NCBI GenBank assembly: GCA_002245135.1
Contig: NGBS01000001.1
Location: 62,001 to 126,000, forward strand
DNA length: 64,000 nucleotides
Reading direction: 5' to 3'
Source of the DNA: Proteromonas lacertae
Taxonomy: Eukaryota
Part shown: positions 26,953 through 42,291 of the stretch, one piece after another
Position numbering within the stretch: position 1 is the stretch's first letter
How the letters are laid out: every line of letters begins with the position of its first letter
Made by a program: the position numbers and the translations under genes
Notes under the pieces: model-generated
What the model was told of the DNA's origin: nothing
Database searches by the model: none
What the model saw: the letters and a program-made list of their open reading frames with translations, nothing else

Positions 26953-29526
26953 TTATAAATGAAGTAAAGCCATTAATTTTCCTGATAATTCTTTTATATT
27001 ACCTTCGTAAGTTGAGTAAATACTTCTCAACAAAGATGGGATTTCTTTTTCATTCAATATTTCTTTATAATACTTTCCATATATCTTCAATAACACTTCC
27101 ATTGATGGAAGTATTATATTTGAATCATATGTTTTTAAGGCAGATAATATTAAATCTAAACATCTATACTTTTCGAAGTATTTGTAGTTTGAATCAATTT
27201 CTAATAATAATCTACAGGTATAAATGGATAATGTCATATTCTTTGATAATAAGTTATCTGACAGCCTTTCTGCACAGTCTTCATCAGTTAATGTTGCTTT
27301 AATTGTATTATTTCCATCTTTACATATCAAATAATACATTTCACATGCTAGAATAGAAACATTTAGATTTTTGTTATTCAAATATCTCATTGAATCCTTT
27401 ATGCCAACATATAATTTATCTCTAGTTGTATCATTTACTATATTAATAATAAATATATGTAATATACATAGATTATAGAGGAAGTAGTATATTCCATAAC
27501 AATACAATTCAATTATTGGATCATCGATAAAATGGCATTTTTCAATATAATCAATACATCCACTGGTTATTATTTTCCTCATAAACTTTTCATCTCTTTC
27601 CTTTAATATGTTATAAACTAATTTCAAGGTTTGAATTATAAGTCTTCTGTCTATTGAAGATAAGTTTTTAATAAAGACTTTCATTAGTTTTTGCTTAGAT
27701 AGATATTCTCTTATTTTATCTAATTATGTTATAAATATTAGAGATATACTTGAAGAGAATGACAGATTTCCTAGTAACCCACATATACATAATTGATATT
27801 GATAATATACAACAGTCTGTCTGTTATTAGGATTGAAATAATAATCAGGCAACTTCTCATTCATTTCTAAGAAGTTGATAATAATTAATTTCATATTCTT
27901 TGACTTTAATATCTCAGTTCTCCAATACTCTGAAAATGTCATATTCCATAATAATCTGTATATACTTGCTTGGAATACTATATTGTGATTCTCCAATCTT
28001 TTTATTACATAATATACATTAATCTCTGATGTTTTTAATACATCAAGAGTTTTAGTTGAATAGCAAAGATGTGATAGAAGATTAATACATTCCACCTGCG
28101 TTTTTATATTTTCATTACTGTTAAATATTGTTAGTATAATAGAAATATATTGCATAAATATTTCATTCTCATATTCTATTCAATTATATTGGAATTATAT
28201 ATATATATACCATATTTAGCAATAACTGATAATGTTGATAGAGAGTGTATAATTACATCATTATTCACTGAATTATTATTCAGTTCATCAATTTCATTCT
28301 TAATGAAGTTAAATAAAACAAACACTATTCCATCTATGTCTTCAATCATATTCGATGCTTTATAAGAATAGACTATATATATCTGTTTAATCATTTTGCA
28401 ATACTCAATTGAATAGTTTGGATTGGTGTATAAATACTTATCACTACTGTATTGGTCTATTAGATTATTCACCGCATTACTATTACTTATTTCACCTTCT
28501 AAATCCACTATTTACATAAATAATACTTATATAATATACAATCTGAAACAGTTATACATGTATTAATAATCTTACACATTTGTGGTATAATTCCAATATT
28601 ATTCTGTTTAAATGAAGTTATAATCATATCAGTCATTTTATTTTCTTTATATAACACTTGTCTGCACAATTCTATTCAAATACATAACTAAAAAAAAGTA
28701 ATTTATACCATTCTTACACAATTCCATCAACACTTTGAATGATTCAACTCTTAATTCTTCATTCTCTTCGTTTTGATTATCATTTAATATTGTATCTAAT
28801 CTACAATTTTCAACAAAAAGTAGTCGATTTTCATCATCTTCAGCTACATATGGTAAGAGCAATTTATATGTTAACAATCTGATTCTCTCTGAACCAATTT
28901 GATAAGCTTCAATTAGAAAAGAGAGCTTTGAATGTTCTTTTATTATTTTCACATTATAAGCTATACTTTATTATATCAACAAATAAATTGAATACTGGTA
29001 TTAGCTGATATTCGTTTGTTATATAAATCCAACAGAAATATATAATCAGTTATTTCATTTTTATCAAGTAATGAGTAATATAGAAAGAAATCTATTAAAA
29101 GATTTTCTGTCATTTGATCCTTTATATATCTATTAACTATGTAATACAATTAATAATACAATTTAGTTGTCTTAATCAACTGAACAACATCAAGAAAAAA
29201 GGAAGCAATCAATATTTCTATACAATTCTCTTCTGTAAGTATTACTTGTCCATATCCATAATATGTGAGAATCATATTAAACGCTTTCTCTGTAATTACT
29301 GGATTTAACACAACTGGAGTAGATAACGATGAATTCTTTATTAAATTCTTGATATATAGGTTTTGTTGTATGAGTAATGATTTTATTGCTGGGATTTTGG
29401 CTTTATTACATACAAAAATCACATCATATATATTTGAATCGACTAATGAATGTATTATTCTATATATCATTAGTAAAGTATTAGATACCCACAGTCTGGA
29501 ACATTTTGAACAACTCTATCAGACAT
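26953..29526 (-). CDS. BTB/POZ + Armadillo-repeat protein
   Basis: N-terminal BTB (YDVIFVCNKAKIPAIKSLL...AFNMILTYYGYGQVILTEENCIEILIASFFL); ARM-like helices (RLLWNMT, CGLLGNLS). Confidence 0.72.
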
Positions 29527-29656
29527 AAATCAAAATAATGAAAATATAGCTGTTATGAATTTTCAAATTTTTGAAATTTTTATTTTTGGGTTTTTCTCCT
29601 TCATCAACAACACATATGATAAACGAAACATATATTATGTAAGAATGCAGAGTAAA

Positions 29657-31506
29657 TTAATTGTTGAATGTTCTTGAATGATAGTCTCTTAACCTTTCGT
29701 GTAATATAGTATTCTCTTCTTTCAATACTTTCAAATATTCATTCAATTCGAAATTTTCTCTTTGATACTTATCTAATGACTGAGTTTTACTAAACAAATC
29801 TACCAACAAAGGATTTAAGATGTATTTACCACAACTGATAAGATAGTTATTGAATTCATTTTGTACTTTGATCATCTCTTCCAAAAAACTTAATTCATTT
29901 GATTCTCCATTACCACTATTATTACATGGATAATATAATGGGTGAATGTAGTACACTGAAGAGTATCTATCATCATATATATTACTAATATTATTGTTAT
30001 TACTGCTATTATTGATACTGCTGAGATTTGAGTGGATTTGATTCAAATTCGGATTTAAATTAGGTGAGCTGAAGCTAAGGTTATGAAATGTAAATGAACT
30101 AGATGGTGGAGAATATAGCAATGTTGGTAAAGGTGATAAATGATTTATGTTATTATTATTATTATTATTATTATTAACCATTAATGGTCTTATAGTTGGA
30201 GTAAAATTAAGATGTTGTTGTTGTTGCTGTTGTTGTTGTAATTGCGTAGATAAATTATTATTATTATTATTCATAAGATTAGTAGCAGGATAACATGTTG
30301 GAGTATTTAAATTAGAATATAATGAAGAATCATATGTATTATTATTAATAATAGGTAGTGGAGGTGGTGGAAGAGATGTTTGTTGTTGTTGTTGTTGTTG
30401 CTGCTGTATTAATCGCTGTGATGGTTGTGATTGTGGAGGTGGCAATAATGGTTGTTGTTGTTGTAAATTAGGTGAACTTATTAGTGATGGAGTAATATTA
30501 GGAGTTGGATAGATCAACTCTATTTCCTTCTTAGTTAAGGGAGGTGGTGATAATGATATAGATGATGGATGAGAAGGAGGTAGAGGATATTGCTGTTGTT
30601 GTTGATTCTGTTGTGGTTGTGGTTGTTCTAGTACTGGCGGTGGTGATGATGAAGTAATATTAATAACAGTTGGTGGATTAATTGATGATGTAGTTGATGA
30701 TGATGATGATAATGGAGATGCTTTGGGAGTTTCAATAATTGGTATTATTATCTCTGGTGGATATATGCTATTAGTAGTAGCAGTAGTAGCAGTAGTAGCA
30801 GTATCAGTTTTACTGATATCTTGTATTGACGGAATGCTATTGGATGAAATAGTTGTAGTTGTTGAACAAACAGATTTATCATTTGAATAATTCTTTATTA
30901 TTGAACTGTTCAGTAATTTATCGTTTATTACTAATTCTTTTGATATTTTTTGATTGTTTAATGCTGACGCTATTGAATCTGAGGATGATATGGTATGAAG
31001 TGGTTGAAAATAATCTGAACGATTATCTTCTGACTGATTCTGTTGATCTTGAGATGATATTACTTCTTCAGAGGATTGAAATGATGATGTATCTGATGTA
31101 CTACCTGAATTATGACTTGATGCTGTACCACTCTCATCATTTGATGTGGATTCGTTGTTATTACTAGTTGATGAGGATTGAGGAAGTAAATATGGTTTAG
31201 CATCTGCTTTCCAAGAATGAAAGTGTCTTGTCGATTTCTTATGAGGTAGTTGACAATTACTAATGGTATAATGAGCAAATATACGATCTGTGATAACTTT
31301 GAGTGTAATTTGAGTTTGTATTACTACGATATGAATCAGTCTTACCTAAAACATTGGTTATGTAATTATAATTTACCATTCAGAAATAGATTTGTAGAAT
31401 CTTCACTTGCTTCCGAATCAGCATAGCCATTTGGTATAAATATCTCTGAAATTTGGAATCTACCTATTTGTAATCGAATCGGATCATTTGTTGCTACAGA
31501 AGTCAT
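29657..31506 (-). CDS. Low-complexity Ser/Pro/Gln/Asn-rich protein with N-terminal RFQI motif and C-terminal coiled coil
   Basis: ATG at 31506 and two short introns join a stop-free frame running into ORF 29657-30517; polyQ/polyN tracts. Confidence 0.7.
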
Positions 31507-31653
31507 TTTTGAAAAAAGTGATTATGATTTGGAGAATCGAGCCTAGATCATATTTTTTCATTTTTAACATGATTTACTTATAATATCCCAACAAAAAACA
31601 AATTCTTACAGCTCACAACAAAATAATGATTAGTTTCTATGTCATTATTAAAG

Positions 31654-33748
31654 TTATGCTTGTGGAGCAGGAACATCAGTTGAAGGAGCTTGTTGCATTT
31701 CATCATTTGGTATTAATGGTGCTTTGACAGTATCAGCAATATTTTTAGAATAATTTTCCTCTGGTGGCTTATTTGGACCAAATCTTGCAAGAACAGCTGG
31801 TAAGAAGAATATACCATGGAATAAGCCAAACACAACTACAGAGAAGTATATTCTGAAAAAGTATAATCTGAATATAAGAGCAGGAGCAAAAGCTAAAACA
31901 ATCAAGCCAAATACTTTAGTCAAGCCAATACCACTAAACACTCTACTTCCCATATCAACTAAAGCCTGTTTTGCTCTTTCAAGTCTAGTACCATAAGCTC
32001 TTCTATATAATGCAGCAATATGAATAATAAATTCTACAGAAATACCCATAGAAGCAATCATATTCACTAAAAATATAGCATTTATTTCTACTTTTCCTTG
32101 TGATGGATCAGTAACAATCTATTCAAAAATAAATAATTATATATATAATATTATACTTGATTAATAACCCATTGGAATCCAATAGCATCAATAATAGTGA
32201 CAAATACACCTATAGTTGTAATAATTGCAGTAGTAATATCAGTAATTAACAATGAACAAACAAATATAGTTAAAGCAGCAAAGAAGAAAGACTGGAATAT
32301 TAAACCTCTTACAGTGTCGTATTGACCAAAATAAACATAAAACATACCATAAGGAACAAAACCTTCAAAACCTAACAATTTATTGTAAGTGTTTTTATAT
32401 GCTTGCATTGATCTAACAGACATAATGAAATCATCTTGAGTAACTAAAGGTGAATGTTGGAAGTTCAATCTACTGGAAATTATACCAGTAGCATTACCAG
32501 TACTATCTCTTTCAATGATAATATCAGTAGCAAATTGTTCACCACAGATACTATAACCTGTACAACATGGATTTGATACTGAAATATTTATAAAAGCATC
32601 GACTAATTCGTAGAAGCTTTTATCTGTTTCATTTATACAGATCTTTTCAATATCTTCACCTAGATCCATAAACTGTAAGAATGTATGTAACCAATTGTTC
32701 ACTGGTGGTAATATATATTTATTACCTGCTAAGTCATTCTGTAAACTATCTACTAATAATTGTACTGTTTCATTTTCATAATCTAAATCTCTCATTAACA
32801 TATAACCTAATGAACCAGTTCTTCCATATTTATATAAACTCTCAAAGTATGGTTGTAAATAACTATCTAATGGTAATACTCTAGTTTGATCTAAACCTAA
32901 ATCCAATTGGGCAATACCATATCCAGACACACATAAACATACTATAAATAAAATTGAGGTAATGATTAAATTGGGAAGTGACAAAACCATTGGAGCTAAA
33001 TAATTCTTAAAGAATCTCAATATAAAATCACCAGTTAAGATGCTTCTTAACATACCAGGAGTTGGCTCACCAGATTCATAGAAAGATTGTCTTAAATCAG
33101 GAATCTTTGATAGATTAGAACAACCAGGAACACAACATAATGCATCCAGTCTAAAGTTCTCCATTCTATGAACATCGATACTTAAACAACAGAAGAAGAA
33201 AGTCATTTGTAATATATAATTCAATATCAATGAAATAGCAGCAATTGAGCAGAAGATCATTAATGCAGATATACCAGTAGATAAACCAATTAAGAAAGTG
33301 CAAACTTCACATAAAGCAGCACAGGTTATAGATGGACCAACAGCAGCTAAAGTGACTTTTAATCTTTCAGTTACTCTTTCTTCATGTGTTTGTGATTCAG
33401 AGATATGAGCATTAAACTCTTTCACCAATATAAACATTGAATCTACACCAATAGCTAATACTAAGAATGGTAAAACATCAGTAACAATTAATGTAACACT
33501 CCAACCTAAGAATCCAGCAATACCTAATGAAGCTGTGACTGATAAGATTACAACCAACATACCAGCAATAGTTAAACCAACACGACTGTAAACTGGATGA
33601 GGGAATTTACCTAAAGCTACACCTACATAGACAAACATAATAACATAACTGATAATAACTATAATCAAGTTCATATCAGTTTCTCTTACAATTTCATCAG
33701 AGATTGATCGATCAGACATGTAAGCTACAGACATATTTGATTCACCTC

Positions 33749-33786
<38 letters not shown>

Positions 33787-34052
33787 TTCATATTTTTCTT
33801 TTTGTTCTTCTAATAATTTCAACCATACTTCTTTTTCCCACAAAGCTGCATCTTCTGCTACCTCATCATCATTTTCTAACAAGATTGCCATTACCATTCT
33901 ATCAGCTCTTGGTGCACATGCATTTCTACACTTATCAGGGACTTCCACATCTTCATCGCATCCATTACCTTCATATCCCCAAACTACAGCTTTCTGACAT
34001 GGAATTCCAATTTCACTTAGGCAGGGAGTTTCATCAATATCAAACCTAAATC

Positions 34053-34092
<40 letters not shown>

Positions 34093-35555
34093 GCAGGATG
34101 GAGTTAATACAAGATGAGGATCTTCAATAATTTTAGTTCTATTAAATTGCCAATAATTCAATGGTGACTGAATTGCACATCCTTTACCAGCGATTGGTTT
34201 GTAACAAATATCATCTAAATTAACATCATCACTTGTATTATATGTTTGAACTTTCAATTGAAAATCGTATAACTCTAATAAGTTCTCTTTAGTAATAACA
34301 GTCTTATTGTATGGAAAGCCAAAGAAAGCTTGTTCTTGTTTGTAATAAGGACCATAAGTGTCTTTATAATATTTGGCTTGTTGACCAGTTTCACTATTTT
34401 CATTAACCCAAATTTGATTAGGGTCTGATTCTATTTTGATATGCATTAAACCTACACTTAAACCTAAGCATAGAATAATAGAAAGTATCATAATTGGTAT
34501 TGGATGTTTACTGCATAATTGTGCATGATAATGGAAATAGGTTTGAGAACAGCTCAAGTTATCAGGATTAACTATCTTCTGTTGACCAGTAACAGGATCT
34601 TCAATAGATAAACTTCTTTGCACATTATGGAACTGATGATTGAAATAATGTCTAACGATCAATATAATAATAGATAAAACAACAGCTGCACCAGTATAAA
34701 GTGATAATGAAAGTGGTGATAAACCATCTGTAAAATTGATTGGTTCAACTACAACGGAGTGATTATCATATTGAGCATCACACATTTCTTGACAGCCATT
34801 ACATGGACATGCTTTCCATTCACCATCTGTATCATTAAAACCTGAACACTCTTTTATATCATTATCATAAACATCTTCTCCAGCTTCATCTGTAAAATTG
34901 AAGTCCAAGTAAACTCCCATTCCTACACCACCTTCTGATTGATAATTCATGAAGTTAATAGCACTAGAACCCATTGCTGGCATTAATCTGCAGACATAGA
35001 CACTCTTACAAGAATCAAATAATCCACACTGAAAATGAAGATGCATTTTAACGTTAACTACAAGAACTTCGACTATTGGTTTAATATCATCAGGAGATTG
35101 AATATCTGTTCTGTTTTCATAACGAAGAGGAGTAACATATTTGTATTGATTGGGTGAACATAATATATCACAATAAAATTGTTCTATATTAAGCTGACAT
35201 GCTCTACATGTTGGGGCTAAGACTGCTTCTACTAACTATACCATGAAAGAACTAAATGTAATATTTATACCATGAAATTATCTAATAAATATTGATTTCC
35301 ATTCGCATTACAACATGAATTGTCTTTGTACTGAGGACAAGCAATCTTGGACAAATTAGCAATCTACAGTTAGCATAAAACAAATCAAAAAATTATATAT
35401 ACTGAAATTGGTTCATATTCCCCCATTACTGGATGACAAGCAGAATCTCGTTCACCATAACAAGGATTGTTAATAACACACTTACCCTCAGCAAGAATGA
35501 GTGCAGGTAATGCTATCAGAATGAACAATCTAAAAAGTTTATTTGAAATAATCAT
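31654..35555 (-). CDS. NPC1: Niemann-Pick C1 sterol transporter
   Basis: Signal peptide; Cys-rich NTD (FYCDILCSPNQ); LDDICYKPI; sterol-sensing PFLVLAIGVDSMFIL; C-terminal GLFHGIFFLPAVL. Confidence 0.95.
33753..33786. repeat. (TA)n microsatellite making up nearly an entire NPC1 intron
   Basis: Minus-strand intron reads GTATATATA...TATTAG. Confidence 0.9.
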
Positions 35556-35705
35556 ACAAACTTATCTTCATTCAAAATATCTTTTTCAATTTTTGCGTTG
35601 TAATACAAAAAATACACAGCAATACACAAAAATACAGTCCATATCTGTATTATTAAATTTAAGTAAAATAAACAAAAATAAAGAGAAAAAATAATCATTA
35701 AGCTT

Positions 35706-37202
<1,497 letters not shown>

Positions 37203-37459
37203 CTAAAATAAATTATGCATAATTATAATCGTACATATTAATTGAAAAAAGAAAAACGTTTAAAATTTAATAAAAATAAAAAATAACTACCGAGTCAAGC
37301 CGAATCAAACTTTTGCATTTATGAATTTGTTTATTTACAATTTGATTTAAATAGTTTTCTTTTATAAATATGTCTGCAATGCAATAACAACAAATAAGAA
37401 GAAGAATAAAAGTCATAAAATGTAATGATAGAAACTGTTCATTACTTATCAACAGCAAC

Positions 37460-38753
37460 TTAAATAGCTTTCTGTTTAGGTATTAAAGTACCAAATATTT
37501 CAATTCCAGATAATAATAAAGCTTGTCCATTAGTTCTAACTCTAATATAAGAATAATAATTTCTATTATCAAATTCCCATACACCATAAAATGGTGAATT
37601 ACTAAATACACTATCATCAGAATGTTCAAACAATGTAGTCCAATCATTATTACTACCAGTCTTACTAGCTTCTAATGTCCATGTAGCAGGACTCTTATAT
37701 ACACTATTTGGTAAACACATTAATGTATAAGCTGTAGGAATGACATAATACTTTGAGAATCCAACACTAATCCAATTACTACCTTCTTCATCTTTAGTTA
37801 CACAGTATGTATCACCTGATGGTTTTGGTGATAATAATAATGGTAACATTCCATATAATAATGAGGAGGATGTTACTGTACATTCACCAATATAAGCTGG
37901 ATTAATAATATCATTACTATGAGGTTTTTGACCTAAGAAATGGAATATTCCATTGAATGGATCATTTGTATAAGGAATATCTATTGAATTTAAGGAAGAT
38001 AACATTGATTTATATGGATCTAATGAAGCAGACATACCAGTAATAGATGTTCTTAAACCTGGTGAAGTGGTATTATTACCTATAGATGTAATTGGTAATG
38101 ATGTTGATGGTGTTGATGTATAGGTTGGTATATTAGTAGCAGTGGTGGCTGGAACTGGTGGTATATCTTCTTGAACACCTTGATTCATGATGCTAAAACT
38201 ATTGATTATTGATTCAATTGTAGTTTCCCATATATAAGAACATAATCCTCTCTCTATTTAATAATAATAATAATAAATATTTAAATATATACTGTCAGTT
38301 TGAACAAATGTATCATAATGTGGTAATTCCTTTAATCTTTCGATTATTACTCCACACATAACAGCAACATCAGAAGGTGAACTTGTTAATAATTTATCAA
38401 TAATTTGAATAGTTGATTTATATTGGAATGACTCTGATTTTAATTGCTACTAATTCCTGTTGTAAAGTATCAGTTTCTTGTGCTTCTTGATTGGATATTT
38501 CATCCACTATTTCACTTTCTTTCAAGTCTAATAACTCGTGTAAATGTTTGAAGTAGTTTCTGACTTGATCTCTGGTTGCTTCATAATGAGGAGTCATTCT
38601 TTCAATATCTATTACATAAAATAATAATTAATAAATATACTTGATTCAATCATTTCTTTTGATCTATCTCTATTAATATCACACTCTTGTAATATTTTTA
38701 AATTCTCTGATATTTCATTGACTAATGTTAAATTGTGATTCTCTAATAACATA

Positions 38754-38806
<53 letters not shown>

Positions 38807-39428
38807 TTATTATTATTATATACAGTCATGTTCTTTATGAGAATCAATAATACAAGATAAACATATTGGTGTATTACATGTAATACAGTAATGTGTATAT
38901 ACATAGGCTGGATGGACATTACATGGTTTATTAGATGATCTCATCTTACGGACATATTGACGTGTATGATTTTTGTTGGTTTTGAAAGAGTGAATTGTTT
39001 CGGAACAATTTGCACACAATGCACTATCACATTGTACACACCATATTGCTGCATTTTCTTTTTGACATTCAACTATGTAAATATAATTATTTGAATTATA
39101 TACCACAAAGACTGCTTAAAAGGTCTAATTTATGAATTACTTCTTCAATATATGGATTTGGAACAAGATGAGTAGTAGCTGGAGTAGCACAATGACATTC
39201 AGGACAATAAAGTTGATCATCTTCTAATATATCCTTTGTCTATTCATGAATACAATAATGATAAAAAATAATACACATTTAGCACAGACAGAGTGAAGAC
39301 AACGAAGTAAAACTGGATGATTGAAGAGTTTACGACAAACTTTGCATCTGGAAAGGATTAATATATTAGTAATACGTAAGAAGTGGTTCAGCTTCAGCTG
39401 CAGATGGTCTTGGAGGTGTTTGATTCAT
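37460..39428 (-). CDS. TRIM-like E3 ligase: RING, B-box1, B-box2, coiled coil, C-terminal F5/8-type-C-like beta-sandwich; +1 break near 38440
   Basis: CKVC...CLHSVCAKC...CPEC; CVECQKENAAIWCVQCDSALCANC; CNVH...CITCNTPICLSC...H; FNGIFHFLG...LSGIEIFGTL. Confidence 0.85.
38756..38800. repeat. (TA)n microsatellite inside an intron of the TRIM-like gene
   Basis: About 22 uninterrupted TA units. Confidence 0.95.
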
Positions 39429-39541
39429 TTGAAATTCAAAATCAACAGTTTAAAAATCAATTTAAAAATTCAAATATAACGAGTATATTTTTGAAATTGT
39501 TTTAAATTTTCTCAACAAAAAAACAATATGTTCATATATAA

Positions 39542-42214
39542 TTATGTTAATTTAACATTTGAATAATCAGTACTTAGTTTCAGGATAAGATTTTGAGATA
39601 TACTATTCTCATTTATTATCAAATTCTTAATTTTACTGTTGCTCTTCAAGATTTCTTCAATATAACTAACACTTTCATCTGGTAGATCATTATTATTCAC
39701 TGATAAATCAGTTAGTTCAACCAAATCAGTGATATATTCACTCAAAACCTTCATTCCTTCATTTCCTATTCTATTCTTACCAAGTTTTAAACACTCTAAC
39801 TGACTAAAGTCTTTAAAATATTGGCATAAACACTCAACACCATCTTTTCCAATAAGATTATCCTCTAATGAGAGTATATTTAAATTATGCAGTATGTTTA
39901 TATTACTGCTACATAACTCATTAATACCAGAATAATACAACTTCATAGAATCAATACACAATAATTTCTTTCCTGTTATGTTATTATCTTCAATTAAATA
40001 TTTGATGTTTGAACCTAACTTAATTAATCCATCTCTTCCTATTGGGTTGTTAGATAGAAGAATATTTTTTAACTGAGGTAATATTGATATAGTATTTGTT
40101 AAACTTTCTATACTTATTTCAGTAATTCTGTTATTTGATAGATTTATAGTATTTAATGCGGTTAGATTTGATAAATATTTACATACAGTGATTAAACCAT
40201 TATCACCTATCTCTAAATTATTCAATGAGAGAATATTATTATTATATAATAACAAAGGTAAATGATTTGATAATGCATTAATTCCATTATCTTCAATCTG
40301 ATTTCCATATACAGCAAGTAGTGTCAAATGAGATAATATACTCATTTCATTACATAGTTTCACTATTCCAACATCATTTATTAAGTTATTAGATATGTTA
40401 AGTGATTTTAACAATGATATATTACTCAAATTATCACTCAATTCACAAATACCTTTACATGTAATTGAGTTATTACTTAAATCCAAAGAACAAATATTTG
40501 TGATATGACTTAAATATCTAGTTAATGTATTTAATTCATTATCTTCTATATTGTTATCTGCTAATGACAATTCAATTAAATTGCTAACATATTCCAAATT
40601 ATTACATAAACAAATCACTTCATCATTATGCATTCCATTTCTTGCTAAATACAAATGCTTTAAATTTGGAATAACATTAAAACTATTACATAATATTGAC
40701 AATTCATTTTCCTTTAGATTATTATCATTCAAATTAAGTGAAACTAAGTTATAAATATGTTTCAAATTACTAGCAATATAATTAGCTCCTTCTTCACCAA
40801 AATATGTCCATCTAAAATACAATTCAAATGAATTATTTACGCCTTCTATAACAACTTCATCAACCTCAATTTCATCATCATAACAACCATTAATAGTTTT
40901 ACTAAACTTCAATCTTGATTGGATATTTTCCTTCAATTTATCACTATAATTATTCCATATTATATTAACTAACAGAAATAAATATTCTTCTTTTGTTGTA
41001 TTATTGTATTCTTCTATTATTCTGTCTATTAAATCTTTAATGTGTTTATATTTTTTAGAATGTTCATCATCATCATCATCTTCTTCTTCTTCTATTTCAC
41101 CCTCTGGAAATACCAATTGTTCAAGTATGTCATTGGGAATTACTTCATTTCTATTAATATATCGTTGTAGCTCTTCAAATGTGATTAAATACTCTTGTTC
41201 TTGCTCTTGTTCTTGTTCTTCTTGAATTGATACTATCACATCTTCAATTACAACTATTTGTGGTTCTGGAATGACAATTGATTGATTCATTTGATTTGTA
41301 GATGTAGTTTTATCATCTATTACTTTAACTAAATGATCTTTTTTCTCTCCTTCCACTAAATAATGCTTTTTCATATCCTTTAACTTATCTAAAGCTTCAA
41401 TCACTTGATTAATATCATATCTTTTATCTTCATCTCTTTGGATCATATTCTGTATTAATTCCAAGTTTACATTACATGATTCATCTTCTATAATTAAATC
41501 AGAATATTTTAATCTAAATATTAATTTATGTATCTTCTTTGATCTGTATCCTTGAAATAAACTTTGACCTGTTAAAATGTAATAAACAATACAACCAAAT
41601 GACCAAATATCTGTTTTATTTGTATATTCTTTACATTGTATTAACTCAGGACTTAAATATTTGTATTCTTCTAGTGTTACTGGTGGACTTTTAGTTTGGA
41701 AGAATAATTCTTTTTTACAATAGTCACTTAAAATAACATTACCTTCTTCATCAAACAGAATGTTAGTTGGTTTTATATTTCCATGTATAAGTGAAAGATT
41801 GTGGATAATTTTAATAGACTCAGCCAAGTCTTTTAGGATTTTAAATACATCTACAATGTTAAAATAATCATCAGGGTTTATCTTCTCCAATGTTTTCTTA
41901 TAACTGTTCATTGTGATATATATAAAAGGAAGATTAGATGAATCGATTGAATTGTAGCGCATAAGATGTACGCAAGTAGTTGAATTCACCAATTTTGTTT
42001 TGTCAAGGAATGACTTTATTGCTTCATCTGTATAATTGTTACATCTAATAACTTTATTAAATTGCCCTGCTTTAATTATATTAGGCTGTAAATCCTGTGT
42101 ATCATCACTATTTCCATTTGGATTGTAATCATCTGACTATTTATCTATAAAACATGTGACATATACAACTTCTTGTCCTGATACATCTTTTGACTTTGAT
42201 GAACAACCTCCCAT
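39542..42214 (-). CDS. N-acylated pseudokinase-LRR protein
   Basis: Start MGGCSSKSK; one 30-nt intron; IHGNIKPTNILF (HRD to HGN), LSDYC, YLSPE, DIWSFGC; about 14 RI-type LRRs. Confidence 0.85.
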
Positions 42215-42291
42215 TTCAACTGTAGAAACAAAAAACACAAAATTTAAAAAATCAAAATGGGTTAACAGAAACATTTGGTACACCTGAAAGA

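Noticed and set aside
37203..37234. Possible 32-nt 5' UTR intron of RUVBL2
   Set aside because: Plausible GT-AG pair but untestable without transcripts and unremarkable
37267..37458. 63-aa ORF between the TRIM-like gene and RUVBL2
   Set aside because: Non-ATG start directly after the TRIM stop; composition fits a 3' UTR plus the RUVBL2 promoter
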